From assembly GCA_963796455.1 (NCBI GenBank), contig CAWCLO010000002.1:1-64000 (forward strand): a stretch of 64,000 bases of DNA, given 5' to 3'. The notes under the pieces are model-generated. The model was not told the DNA's origin. It did not search any database and saw only the letters and a list, made by a program, of their open reading frames with translations. Source of the stretch: Candidatus Sulfomarinibacteraceae bacterium (GTDB lineage: Bacteria; Acidobacteriota; Thermoanaerobaculia; Thermoanaerobaculales; Sulfomarinibacteraceae). The position numbers and the translations under genes are program-made. This document shows, one piece after another, positions 22,639-33,932 of this stretch (position 1 is the stretch's first letter; every line of letters starts with the position of its first letter).

Positions 22639-23550
22639 TCATGGCAACGGTTTCTCGAAGAGTTCCTGTATGACCTCTGCAGCCCCCGGCTCGTTGCGGA
22701 AGTGGAGATTGTAGGCTGGAACGATTCGAACAAGCGTGTCAATGGTATCGAGACATCCAGCCATCAGCTTCTCATCGAACCAGGGTATGGAGGTCGTGGG
22801 AAAGAGCTGGTGGGCCGCCGCCGCGGCGTCGATCCTTTCGAGCCGGTTCTCGGGGGCCTGGTGGAGGAAGACTATGGCGCTGAAAGAGGCGCTCTGATCG
22901 GCCGCCACCAGGCCTTCACCGGCCCACGGCGTTCCGAAGAGCACGGGTTGACCCTGGACCAATCGGGCGACCAGCCGGTCGTCGCTCAGGCGGACGGTGT
23001 CTTCGTCCGAAGGCATCAAACCCATGAAGGTGGTCTTTCCGGCTCCGGATCGGCCGATGCAGGCCACACCGCGGCCGTCGCGGGCCACCCCAGCGGCGTG
23101 AATGATGCAGCCTTGCTTTCGGCTGAGAATCATCATGGTCAGGATTTGGTCGACGGGATAGCGGAGGGGGTTTGAAATCGAGCGGCCGTCGGCGGTCTGA
23201 TCGAGCAGTTCCGGTGCAAAGATCAAACGGACCGTGTCGGGATCGCCGCCGAGGCGAGCCAGCCACCAATAGCGGTCCTCATCGATCGGTGATCGGAAAG
23301 CGAGGATGGTCTCTTCGCCGTCGCGCAAGGCCTGCCAGGTCTCGCCGCTTTCAAAGAACACCGGCCAAGCGGGATCGAGTTCGGGATCGGCGAATTCGAG
23401 GATGACCGGAATTCGATCGATGCGGGACGACGACCGTGGCTGATCAACAAATTTCCGATAGATGGAGTCGTCCTCGGTGATCAGGACGTCTTCAGCCGTC
23501 GTCACCACGAATTCGAGACCGCCAATATGAAGCGAAAGCGACCGACTCAT
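22639..23550 (-). CDS. HPr-kinase-related P-loop protein (ScmC-like), putative peptide kinase
   Basis: IIHAAGV...IGRSGAGKTT (Walker A)...LSDDR...GTPWAGE. Abuts the PqqD gene. Confidence 0.75.
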   Translation of the reverse strand: MSRSLSLHIGGLEFVVTTAEDVLITEDDSIYRKFVDQPRSSSRIDRIPVILEFADPELDPAWPVFFESGETWQALRDGEETILAFRSPIDEDRYWWLARLGGDPDTVRLIFAPELLDQTADGRSISNPLRYPVDQILTMMILSRKQGCIIHAAGVARDGRGVACIGRSGAGKTTFMGLMPSDEDTVRLSDDRLVARLVQGQPVLFGTPWAGEGLVAADQSASFSAIVFLHQAPENRLERIDAAAAAHQLFPTTSIPWFDEKLMAGCLDTIDTLVRIVPAYNLHFRNEPGAAEVIQELFEKPLP

Positions 23551-23880
23551 TCAGCCATTGTCGGTGGGGACATCTTGAATGACAACCAAGCCGAGCTCTG
23601 CAAGCTCGCTGACGAATTCGAGCAGGTCGCGCGAGGCTGTGCTTTCATCGACTTCGAACTGAGCAACCACCTGTGTCACGATTTCAGCGATCGAGAGCTT
23701 GCCGTCCATGGCGGCCCAGACGAGTTCGCCGACCTCGTCGAGAACGAAGAGCTGTTGCATTTCCGCCAGTTCGCCGCGAACCGGAACCAGAATCATGTCG
23801 CCGGCGATTTTCCGCGGCACGATTTCTTCGGCCCGTGCGGGTATTGCCCCAAGATTGATGGGGTCGTCGGTCTCAGACAT
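23551..23880 (-). CDS. PqqD-family RiPP recognition element (RRE)
   Basis: IVPRKIAGDMILVPV...LFVLDEVGELVWAAMDG...FEVDESTASRDLLEFVSELAELGLV. Confidence 0.92.
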   Translation of the reverse strand: MSETDDPINLGAIPARAEEIVPRKIAGDMILVPVRGELAEMQQLFVLDEVGELVWAAMDGKLSIAEIVTQVVAQFEVDESTASRDLLEFVSELAELGLVVIQDVPTDNG

Positions 23881-23889
23881 CGTCGAGCG

Positions 23890-24054
23890 TCAGGACCCCG
23901 GCTTGGAGCAGGGGATTCCGCGGCAGTTCGCGCCCCTCGGTCCGCTCTGAGTGCCGATCTTGCATCCCGCCGCCAATACCTCGTCGGCAACAAGTCCGAT
24001 GCGTCTCAAAGTCGGCTTCTCATAGGGCCGCTTTTTCTTTTTTTCGTTCTTCAT
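23890..24054 (-). CDS. Putative RiPP precursor peptide, 54 aa (MKNEKKKKRPYEKPTLRRIGLVADEVLAAGCKIGTQSGPRGANCRGIPCSKPGS)
   Basis: The ATG overlaps the radical SAM stop (ATGA) and follows RBS GAGGAAGG. Basic leader with YxxPxL, small-residue core with 3 Cys. Sits between the rSAM and PqqD genes. Confidence 0.85.
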   Translation of the reverse strand: MKNEKKKKRPYEKPTLRRIGLVADEVLAAGCKIGTQSGPRGANCRGIPCSKPGS

Positions 24055-25160
24055 CGCGATCCTTCCTCGAATGCCCGCGCAGCCGCCCGCATTTGCGGGT
24101 CCTGCAGTGCGCGCCAGCGAGCCTTGGCGGTATCGCAAACATAGTCCGACTTCACGTCCTCGGCACCATGTTCCTGATCGTGGAACCCGGGGCAGCTTGC
24201 GCAAGCCCGCTGCAAATCGCACCCGGCACACTCATAGTCCGCCCGCGGTTTTTTGTCGTGCAACTCTCCCATTTTTTCCGACCACAACGTCGCAAAGTCG
24301 GATTCCAGGAGATTGTACTTGTACCGCGTCGTCATCATACACGGATAGAGCGAGCCATAAGGGTCGATATAAAAACCGGTGACGCCCGCACCGCAGACAT
24401 AGAGCTTGTCGGCAGGGGCAGGGGTCGACGGCTTTTCGAGATACTCGAGCCACGACGACACGGCGCGAGGATCGGCGAGTTCGATCTGGACCACGTCTTT
24501 CGCCGGAACCCGGAGATCGAGAGGTCTCTTGTCTGATGTGTGGAGGCAAGGAAAAATGGCCGCGTCGATCCGCATCACGAGATCGAATTCCGAGGCCAGA
24601 TCCCGCATCAGATCGGCTTCGTGCGCGTTGAGGCTCATGAGCACTGTTTTCAGCCGGACCTCGAAGGTGCCGACCTCGACCAGGCGCTTGATGCCTCGCA
24701 TGCATTTTGCAAAGGAACCCGGTATCTGGGTGATTTTTTCGTAGGTTGCAGCGGTCGCTCCATAGACCGAAACCTCGACCGATGTCGGCGGCAGTTCTCG
24801 AAAGAGTTCGATGACCTTCTTCGTCACCAGCACACCGTCGCACATGATGGTCACCAGGAGCCCCGCCTCCTTGGCGTGGCGATAGACCTCCGCGAAATCC
24901 TTGCGCATCATCGGGTCGCCACCGGTGATGGTCAGATAAAGACACCCGGCGGCGGCAATCTGATCGATGATCTCGCAGACCTGCTCGGTGCTCATCTCAC
25001 GGTCGCCGGCAAAGCGTTCTTCGCCCTGGCCGAGATAACAGTGCACGCACTTCAAGTTGCATTTTCGGGTGAGTTCGATCATGCCCGATACCGGTACGCG
25101 GTCGGAAACAACAGTGTTGTTGAAATGATCGATCCAATCGGAATTGATCATAGGTCTCAT
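24051..25160 (-). CDS. Radical SAM/SPASM-domain peptide maturase
   Basis: ELTRKCNLKCVHCY (CxxxCxxC); TGGDP. C-terminal 7-Cys SPASM pattern (CGAG...PC...CAGC...CASC...C). Start at 25160 or 25151. Confidence 0.93.
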   Translation of the reverse strand: MRPMINSDWIDHFNNTVVSDRVPVSGMIELTRKCNLKCVHCYLGQGEERFAGDREMSTEQVCEIIDQIAAAGCLYLTITGGDPMMRKDFAEVYRHAKEAGLLVTIMCDGVLVTKKVIELFRELPPTSVEVSVYGATAATYEKITQIPGSFAKCMRGIKRLVEVGTFEVRLKTVLMSLNAHEADLMRDLASEFDLVMRIDAAIFPCLHTSDKRPLDLRVPAKDVVQIELADPRAVSSWLEYLEKPSTPAPADKLYVCGAGVTGFYIDPYGSLYPCMMTTRYKYNLLESDFATLWSEKMGELHDKKPRADYECAGCDLQRACASCPGFHDQEHGAEDVKSDYVCDTAKARWRALQDPQMRAAARAFEEGSR

Positions 25161-25182
25161 TTTACCCCAGGTATCAATTTCC

Positions 25183-28100
25183 TCACCATTCGACCGTTGT
25201 GGCCGGGTCGCCGAGGAGGATGAACTTGTAGGGCATCGTTGCATTACTTTCTGCGTCCTCGACATAGGCCATCAAGGCCTCGCGGACCGATTGACCAATC
25301 GTCGCCACCTCGCCGTCGTTGATGACCGAAGCGTGGTATCTCCCAAGAACCCGCGAATCGGCATTGAGGGCGTAGGCCGAAGGTGACCATACCGCAATCG
25401 AGCCTCCGTTCGGGTTGAGAAGGAGGGCCTCGGACAAAGTGTCGTAGCCCGGAACATCAAAACGACCAACGATACAACTCAGAGCCGTCAGGAATGGGGT
25501 TCTCTCCGAGTTATTCATCGTCGCGGCGTTTTCGGTAATGATCAAACCCTCGTCGGCAAGACGGTCAAAACCGCCATGACCGAGGAAATTGACCAGAATG
25601 GCTCCCTTGGTCATGGTGTCGAGCGTCAGTTGCCAGGCTTCGTCGATTTCGTAGTCCTCCAGAAACACCCGTTGAATCGAGTATTCGGGAGGCATGGCGC
25701 CGATCAATTCTTCGATGTCATCGGAGAACTCACCACCGAGATCCGAACTGTCCGCGAGCCACAGGGTGTGGCGTTTCCACGAATCCGATGATCCTTCGAA
25801 GACCTCGATCTTGGCCCGATATTCCGCGAGTTCATCTGCAGATTGTGCCGGGAGCCGACCGATGGCCACTTCGGGCACGCCATCGCCCCCGTCCCAGTCC
25901 GCGAACAGATTGTCAGACGGCACCAGCCCGTCATCGGTGACAACCATCAACGAGGGAACAAGATCTTCTTCAACCCCGACACCTTTGTGATCCAGAGAGC
26001 CGTCGCCGGCCAGAAAAACGAATTCCGGCTTCTCCGTCCAGTTCTCCGAAGCGTGTTCGAGGAATCGTCGGATGGCCCACGGGTTTTTGATGCCCCCGTT
26101 GAATTCATCATAGATATCGACGGTTCTGGCGACCACCGAACTCAGACCCTGCTGGGATCGATAGGCCGCCAGCATGGTTGCCTCGGCCTCGAGTCCTTCG
26201 CCCGCCACCACCACATAACGCCCCTGGTTCGAGCTGTCTGCGAGGCTGGAAGCATAATCGGTGACGACCGCCACCGGGTAGAGGGCGGCGGAGGAAGTGG
26301 TGGCCAGGAAGGGGAAGATTCTCGAATCAGTACTGAACTGGACTGCGAAGCTCCCGCTGTCTTCCACCACGTTTGCCAGATCCAGGATCACCGGCCGCCG
26401 TGGGTCGGTGAGGTCGAAGACCGTGATGTCATCAGTTGAAAAACCGGTCACGGTGATTTGAGTCTGTCCGTCGCCGGATGCGAGCAGGCGATCGTCCACG
26501 GCAGTGTAGTCACGGCGATAACGGATGTCGAAGGAGTCGAGGTAGAACTCGTCGAAGTCGAGGCCATCCGCCAGCAGGGCGGTGATCTCGACCGTGTTGT
26601 CGCCGTCGTTGAGTAGTGACTGCGGGAAAGCTACCTGAAGATCATAGGCGTCGTGACCGCCCCACGAAAAGGTTCCCCCGAGCTGCGTATTGTTGAGTCG
26701 AATCTGGACTTGATGATTCAGCGGCACTTCGCTCATGTAGGAACCCTGGAAATTGACCGTCAGCAAGCCCTCTCCGGCGCCGGAAACAGCGCCGGGTGTC
26801 GCAACGGAAAATGTCTTGCTCGCCACCGGTTCGCCCGAGTAGGGGAAGAAGAAATCCCAGAACCAATAGTCGGCTTCGGGATCGGTCATGACCGAGGTCA
26901 GGGGCCACTGGTCCTCTTCGATGTGGAGCATGTTCGTAAAGCTCGACTCCGCAGCCGGTAGCGTCGTGCCCGCTTCCCGCCGGGCCATCGGTTCACCGTG
27001 GCCGAAGCCGATCCAGTAGATATTTTCATCGGTGTAGATGCTGTCGATGGACTCACCGAAGAAGAAGAGACCGGAGTTGTCGACGGCGGCCGTCCAGGTG
27101 ATTCCGAAATAGACCTGCGCCTTTTTGGTCTCGGGCTCCCAGGCCGAGGTGTCGCCGCTTTCGAATCCATCTCCAAAGAGCCCGAATGGAGCAAGGCTTT
27201 CGTCACTCCCGGCAGCGATCCAGAGATTGCCCGCCCCGATCCATTCGGCGATGGTGTTTTGATCAACATTGAAGGCGGTGGCGAGTTGGTCGCCTGACAA
27301 CCAAATCAAACCGTTGTCGCGGACCACGACCTTGACGAGACCGGATGGCTCGCCGGCTGGTACCGCTTTGCTCGCCGTTGGTTTGCGAATCGAACTCGAG
27401 TTGGCGAGTCGTGAGCTGCCGGCGGCCATGGCTTCGGCCGTTTTGTGATTGCCGTCGCGCTTGGTAGCCGTGACCGTGATCGGACCGAGGACCGATCCCG
27501 ATCCCCAGACGTCGAGTTCCCTCACGATATAGGTCAGCTGATCGCCGGTCTTCGCATCCCGATCGATCACGGTATAGGTCCCACCGGGCAGCGAACCCGG
27601 AACGGCCTTGATCAACCCATCGTGGACCCGCGAGAAATGATCTTCGCCCTCTCGCAGCCGGAGCAGCTCATAGCCGATTGTTCCGACCTCGACCGCGGTT
27701 CGCCATTCGACCACAACCGTTGAGTTGACGGCGAATACATCGAAGGAGGCGAAAACGGCCTTGGTTGCCGCCGCCACGAAATTGGTTGCCGTCACGCTGT
27801 CCTGGTCTGTCGAGTTTGTGGAGAGAATTGTCAAAGTGACGGGGTCACGCGCCGATCCCTGGAGCGCATCAACGTCGCGTCGAAGTTCGTAGGCCAGCGC
27901 GCCGCCGGCCGCCAGGTTCACATCGGGCTGGTTGTCGGTGTCGGTGTCGTAGCCGGGGGCGATGCTGTCCCAGGTCCCGTCACCGTCGGTGTCCTCTGCG
28001 ATCTCTTGATCGGGAGTGCCGTCCGAGTCGGTGTCGATCCACAGCTCGGTCGGGTGGTTATAGCTGTCGAAGCCGTAGAACCAGGACGCCGTGATGTCGA

Positions 28101-31100
28101 GATTCATGACATCAGATGAACCGGCGAAGTTGCGGGCGGTGCCAGGAAAGACGGCCGTCCCACCGGCATTCACGTTGCGGGTGCCGCCGCCCGAAAGATC
28201 GAGGACAACCGGCGGTCGCACTGTTGTGGTGTCCGAGGCGGTGTCGAAGTCATTGTCCGGGTCCGACTGCGCTGCGGCCGTCAGATGCACCACATCGACG
28301 GTGTAGTCCGCCGTGCCTCCGGGCACGTCCACTACCAGAAATACGAGCTGCGATGCACCGTCGGCAAGTTGGGCCGTGTTGGTGATCGCGATGTCCACGC
28401 CGTCGGTGTAGACGCCGTCACCGTTCGAGTCCCAGTAGAAGGTCGAAGTAAACGCGCTTGGTGGCCCCTCGCGCGCCGCTTGCAGGTTGAATGTTTCCGG
28501 TGCACCGGTGTTGTTGATGATGACGTGAGAATACACCGCCGATCCACCGGCGGTGGAAACACCGGAGTTGTCGGGCAGGAAGATAATCGGATCGAGACTG
28601 TCGACAGCGATCGTCTCATCGGTTGCAATGCCCGCAAGACCTGCATTTCGGCCGGAGGTTGCGATGAGTCCGGTCGACTCGGTGTCTCCCGAAGATGCAC
28701 CGCTCGGGATCGTGACTCGGAGCTGGTACTCGATCAACCCACCGGGTGCCAGGGTGCCGGTATTGACCGTGACTCCGCCATCCCACATGCCATCGCCGTC
28801 GGCATCGCTGGCGATGACCACACCCGAACCCGGGTCGACCAGGTCGACCGGCCAGCCTTCTTTGCTGGACAGGGTGATCTCGTAGGAGTCATCTCCCTCG
28901 CCGGTGTTGATGATCTCGTGAGCGTAGGTCACGACTGAGCCCACAAGGTCGAAGCCGGCATTGTTGTACTCCACAACCACCCCGGCGCGAACCACGTCGT
29001 CGGTCACCGAAGCGAGCCAAGGACCGGGTTGCTGGACGGTGGTCAGCGTGGCGTTGTTTTGGATCTGGGTGATGCCGCCCGCCAACGGATCATCGACGAC
29101 GACCTGAAAGGTCAGCGTCATGGTCGCGCCTGCGGCCAGGGTGTAGCCTTCGCCGCCGGTGAGCAGATTCGGCGGGCTGCCGGCAGGCGCTGAAACCTGA
29201 GTTGAGATCCTGAGCAGAGCCGCATTGGCTGCCTCGCCGTTGTAGGACTCGGCGGTGCGTTGGCAGGCAGTGGAGGCGCATCCCGTCCCGGCCTGGATCA
29301 TGATGACGATGTTGTTGCCACTGACCCAACCCGGACGATCGACGATCTCCTGGATGATCGACGAGAGATCCGGTGTGATCTGTTTCTGGCTGACCGTTCC
29401 CCACGCGGGTGGGTTCCAGGCGACGGTGGCGGTTGTCGCCGGGCGATTCGAAATATCAGAATTGGTGGTTGTGAAGGTCGCCGCGGTGTCGGAGTCCTGG
29501 CCGAAGATCGAAACATTGGTGGTTCCGCTGTCGGTCTCGTCGACTTCGAACTCGATCTCGGCCGCCGAGATCGTCGTGCCAGGTGCAATAGCGACATTCT
29601 GAAAACGCATCCCGACGATCTGCTGGGTTCCGCCGTCAAAGACGACCTCGAGATCGGTGCTGCCGAGACTCATTCCGCCGGTGCCGGCGTTTTCTTCGGC
29701 GTCGTCGTTTCCGGTCGATACGCGCACCGAGCTCGCGACAATCGGCAGGTTGACCTGACTCGAACCGGCGACATAGGAGGTGCCCGTCGGCACCGCATCG
29801 GTCACCGTGATTCCGGTCTGAGTGGTTCCGGTGTTGTTGGTGATTTCGAGGGTGTATGTGACGGTCTGACCGGGTGAGACCTCGTTGTCCACCGCGTCGG
29901 AGGTTTTGGTGAAGATCAACGCCGGTTGTTGGTAGCCGACCGAGGGAGCGACCACCGTGCCGCCGGGAACGGTTGCGATGGTCTGGGGATCGTTGGCGGT
30001 GGTCAAAAGGGCGCCGGTGGGAAAGTCGGGATCCGTTTCGTCCACGTCGAGAATCGCCGACGCGCCCGCCACGACGGCGGTGTAATTCCCGGCCGCGTCG
30101 GTGGTGACGATCTGGGTCGAGGAAATGGATTCGTTGGTGAGGAAGGACAGGGTCGCCGAATTGAAGGTCCCGACGTCGCCGGGCGCACTGTCGGCGACAC
30201 ATACCGACCACGGACCGACCGGGGTCGTCCCGTTGAAGCCGGCCAGGTTGGGCAGCCCGCCGGCCGTATCGGGGGCCGGAACATAGGAACAGATACCGTC
30301 GACCGAGCAGATGTCGGTTCCGACCGCTCCGAGGGTTTCGGCGGAGGGCCCGCCGCCGCCATCATCAAAAGTGACGGTGGCGCCGGTCCAGTTGGTGCCG
30401 TAGCCATAGGGGGTGTCCTGCCCGGTGTCCGGTGCGGTGGAATTGGGGCGATTCATGGCGGCCAATATCTGGCCGCCGGGGCCGAAGATCTTGATCGTCA
30501 GATCGCCGACCCATGTGTGGGTGAGGGCCATGTCGAGATCAAGGTCGAGGATGCTGGGAGTCGGGCCGAAATCTCCGGCGAGCACGTTGAGGGCGCAACA
30601 GGTCATCGAGGCCTGGGTGCCGTTGTAGCCGTTGTCGGGAATGGCGGCACCCGGGGTGCAGCTGTAATTCTGCCGGGTTACGGAGCTCACCTCCACATCC
30701 ACATTCGGGATGTTCGGTTCACCACCGTCTTGGACCCCGTTGCCGTTGACATCGAGATAGACGTGGCCGTTGATCTGGGCGGTGCCGACGATCGGCACCT
30801 GGACAGCGTTGGTGTCGGTGGACGGTGTTTCGTCGGAAGCGAAGATCGCCTGGTTGAAAACAACCTGGCCCGCCGTTCCCGGATCCACCTGGGCTCTGAA
30901 TCGAAGGGTGACGCTTTGTGATGAGCCCAGGCTGGCCAGCCGGAACTCGAGATCGGTGAGATTGAGGATGCCTTCGGCGCCCGAACCTTCGTCTCCGTCA
31001 TCGGCGTCGGTCAAAGCGGTGAATGGGCCGCTGTTGAGCGACCACTGCATCGATCCGGCCACATAGCTCGTGTTGAGAGGGAACTGGTCGATGATCAGCA

Positions 31101-33826
31101 CATTGTCGGCGGCGGCGGGGCCCGAGTTGGTAAGCACGATGTCAAAGGTCATTGCCTCGTAAGGGTGGACTGCGACCGGGTTGCCCACGATGCTCTTGAC
31201 TGCGGAAAGGATGGGCCCTTCGACCACCGGTTCGACCAGATTCGAGAGAAAGTACGGGGTCTCGGTGCTCTCGTAGCCGGCCTGGTTGGGAATCAGGGTG
31301 CCCGCGACGGCTGTCGGGTTGACCTTGACCTGGAAGGTCAGGGTCGCCGAAGCACCCGCTGCGACGCTTGCCGCGGTCCATTCGATCGTGTTCTGGCCGG
31401 GATCAAATGAACCCGTGGTAAATGGAGAGGTCCCGGTCGGGTTGGAGCAGTTGACGGGATCGATGGTGGCGTCGCAGAAGGTCGTGTCGGGCGGGATCGC
31501 GTCGCTGATGACGACGTTGGTCTCGGCGGTCGTCGTGCTGTTGTTCGACACGGTGAGAGTGAAGGTGAGGACGTCGCCGGGAGCGGCTGCCGCAAGATCG
31601 ACGGTCTTCGATATATCGGCGTCGGTCTGGACAACTGCCTCGTAATCGGTTGGCGCGAAAACGCTGCCGCCGAGGGTTCCGCGCGCGTTGCCCTGGTTGA
31701 GCAGACGGCGTGGAGGACCGCCGGGCAGCGCCGGAATCCGGATCTGATAGCTGACCGTCAAGGTGTTGTTGGTATTGAGTTGGAAACCGACACCGCATGC
31801 TCCATCGATGTCCCAGGTCAGCCGGCTGCACTGGTCGTCAGGCGAGGTCGTGACGCAATCATCAAAGGTGGGATCGGCGGTTCCCTGGGTGAGGTTGGGA
31901 CAGGTGATCAGCGTGGTTCCGGAGACGTAATCGTCTTCCCCGTAGACCGCGATCGGCAAGAGATCGAAGACCTCGATATTGGTCAAGGGTCCGAAATCGT
32001 ACGATTTGACGGTCAGGGTGTAGGTGACGATACGGTCGTCCGGGTCGGCGGGGTCGAGGGGAACGACCGGCGTGTCGGCGACCTTTGTGATCGTCATCGC
32101 CGGGTCGAGGAAACTCTGCTGAACCGGATAGACCGTATAACCCGTATCGAGTCCGAATCCACCGCCGTAGGCCCACTCGGGATTCTGGCCCCAGGAGACG
32201 GCGATCGGTTTGTTGGAGATGATGCGGGTTCCGGTCATATCGAGATCGCCGGTCGGGTCGAGAACCGTGAGGGCCGCCGGGGTGTCGACCACGTAGGTAT
32301 TGTTGGCTTGCGGAGCGGTGTCGGCCGTGCCATCGCCGTCGAGATCAACTTGATCAAAGGTCCCGTCGTTGTCGAGATCGAAGTTGACCAGCGTGTTGTC
32401 GGCGGTGGCGGCGACAAAGACCGGGTTCGCCAGTTGGCTCGAGGTCGTGATGTCGGCGTTCGCCGGGGCGTGTCCGACGGTGTAGGAGAGCGTCAGGAAT
32501 TTTTTGGCCAGCCACGAGTGGCCCCAGTCGCTTCGGGCGGTGTCGTAGTCGTAAGCGGTAACTCCCCAGAAGGTACGATCGGAGGTCATCCGGACCGTCG
32601 AATAGGGTGCGATGTCGCGGCCGGGCGCGAGGTCCTGCATCGAGCGCATCGAATTCGCAGGAATATTGACCGAATACGAGCCCGAACTGTCGGTGATGGC
32701 GACATCGATGGCGGTCAGCTGGTCGGGATTGAGGATGTAGATATTTGCCGGTCGGTCCTGTGGTGCGCCGCCGGTGGTCGGGCCGGCGGTGGGGTCGTCG
32801 CCGGGCGCCGTGGTCACATAATCGGTGGAGTGGAGGATGTCGGGCAGCAGCGCGTAGTTCCGGGTCGCCCAGGTGCCCTCACCACCGGTGAAAATCATCC
32901 CGGTGATCGGCGCGGTCGTCGAAACCTTGGTGCCGGCGTTGATCGTCAGCTGCAAAGTCGGGCTGCGAGGTCGCATCGATAAAGCCCATCGAGCTCCAGT
33001 GCTCACCGCGGGCGAGATCGAAGGAAACTGTGCCGGCTCCGGGGCTTTCGACGGTGATCGAGGTGTCCTCGAAGGCCACCAGATCGAGTTCGACGTACTG
33101 AAACGGTTCGGTCACGGTGTTGAGTGCGTACAGGTCCTCGCCGATCGGCACCGAATAGGATCGTGCCGCCTCGACCGCCTGGCGGGAGAGAATTTCGATG
33201 GCGCCGCCGATGTACTGGCTCAGAGGCCACTGATTGTGAATCAATGAGAGCGGGCCACCGGTGGTGAGCACGAGGTCGCCGCCATCAAAACGCACATGGC
33301 TGGAGTTTCTCGCCAACGGCACCGAGCAATTGAGTGCCCCCGGAATGACGGCTGGGTCGCAGCCACCGGTCAATCCCTGGTCGGAAGCGAAGTTCACATA
33401 GTCGCCGGTGCCGAGTAGATCGGTGCCGCAGGCGATGTTGGAGTTGTACGTGCAGACATCGCCGTTGCTGAGATCACCATCGCCGATGACGATCGTCGAG
33501 GTCTGCAACATGGAGGGATCAACGGTCGGAAAGGTGTCGAGTTCGGAGTCGAGTCCATCTTCCCAGTGGTCGTAGAAAATGACCTGATTGGCCGCCGAGA
33601 CGGTGGCTGTGACAACCGAGTTGGTCCCACTCGGGAACTGCGGCCCGCCTTCGGCATTCTGGACCCGGTCCATCATGTCCCACAGATGCTCTTCCCACCC
33701 GAGCACGAAGTATTCCTGGACGCCGGTCGGCACCATCTGTGCGCCGAGATTGGTTGCGAACAATATCGGACCCAACAGCAGGGCGATGCGCAGTATCGAC
33801 CGTTGGTGTCTATCTGTCGCTTTCAT
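25183..33826 (-). CDS. Giant (~2,880 aa) secreted multidomain protein: IgGFc-binding-like, DUF11 repeats, SdrD-B-like, P-proprotein domain, C-terminal C25 (gingipain-family) peptidase; one frameshift near 32955
   Basis: ORF 32879-33826 (signal peptide) joins ORF 25183-33006, supported by collinearity with the paralog. Motifs: GTRIISNKPIAV; PGDVLTFTLTV/PGQTVTYTLEI; HVYLDVNGNGVQDGGEP; THTWVGDL; DIYDEF, VAIGRLP, NFLGHGG, ALSCIVGRF, LLGDP. Confidence 0.88.
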
Positions 33827-33915
33827 GACTGTCTCCCCGTGTCTCGCCCGACGTTTCCAGCAACCGGCGGTGCTCGAAGGGCACAGATTGCCGGGTTGAT
33901 CTTCCGGTGGATAGG

Positions 33916-33932
33916 TGCAAGTCCGGTGCCAG
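33916..33932 (-). promoter_or_regulatory. Sigma-54 (-24/-12) promoter
   Basis: The minus strand reads CTGGCACCGGACTTGCA, i.e. TGGCAC-N5-TTGCA with exact GG-N10-GC spacing, about 90 nt upstream of ATG 33826. Confidence 0.7.

Noticed and set aside
22639..24054. Lasso peptide cluster (YxxP leader, RRE, kinase)
   Set aside because: No asparagine-synthetase-like cyclase or transglutaminase-like B2 protease is in the window, and the core has no Asp/Glu at positions 7-9.
23551..25160. PQQ biosynthesis (pqqD/pqqE)
   Set aside because: There is no pqqB or pqqC, and the small peptide lacks the PqqA ExxxY core.
24051..25160. Anaerobic sulfatase-maturating enzyme for the nearby sulfatase
   Set aside because: It is translationally coupled to a precursor and PqqD and lies 15 kb from the sulfatase, so a peptide maturase is the simpler reading.
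32950..32960. Programmed frameshift in the giant C25 gene
   Set aside because: There is no slippery heptamer, only a short T-run, and similar 1-nt indels occur elsewhere in the window. Sequencing error is more likely.
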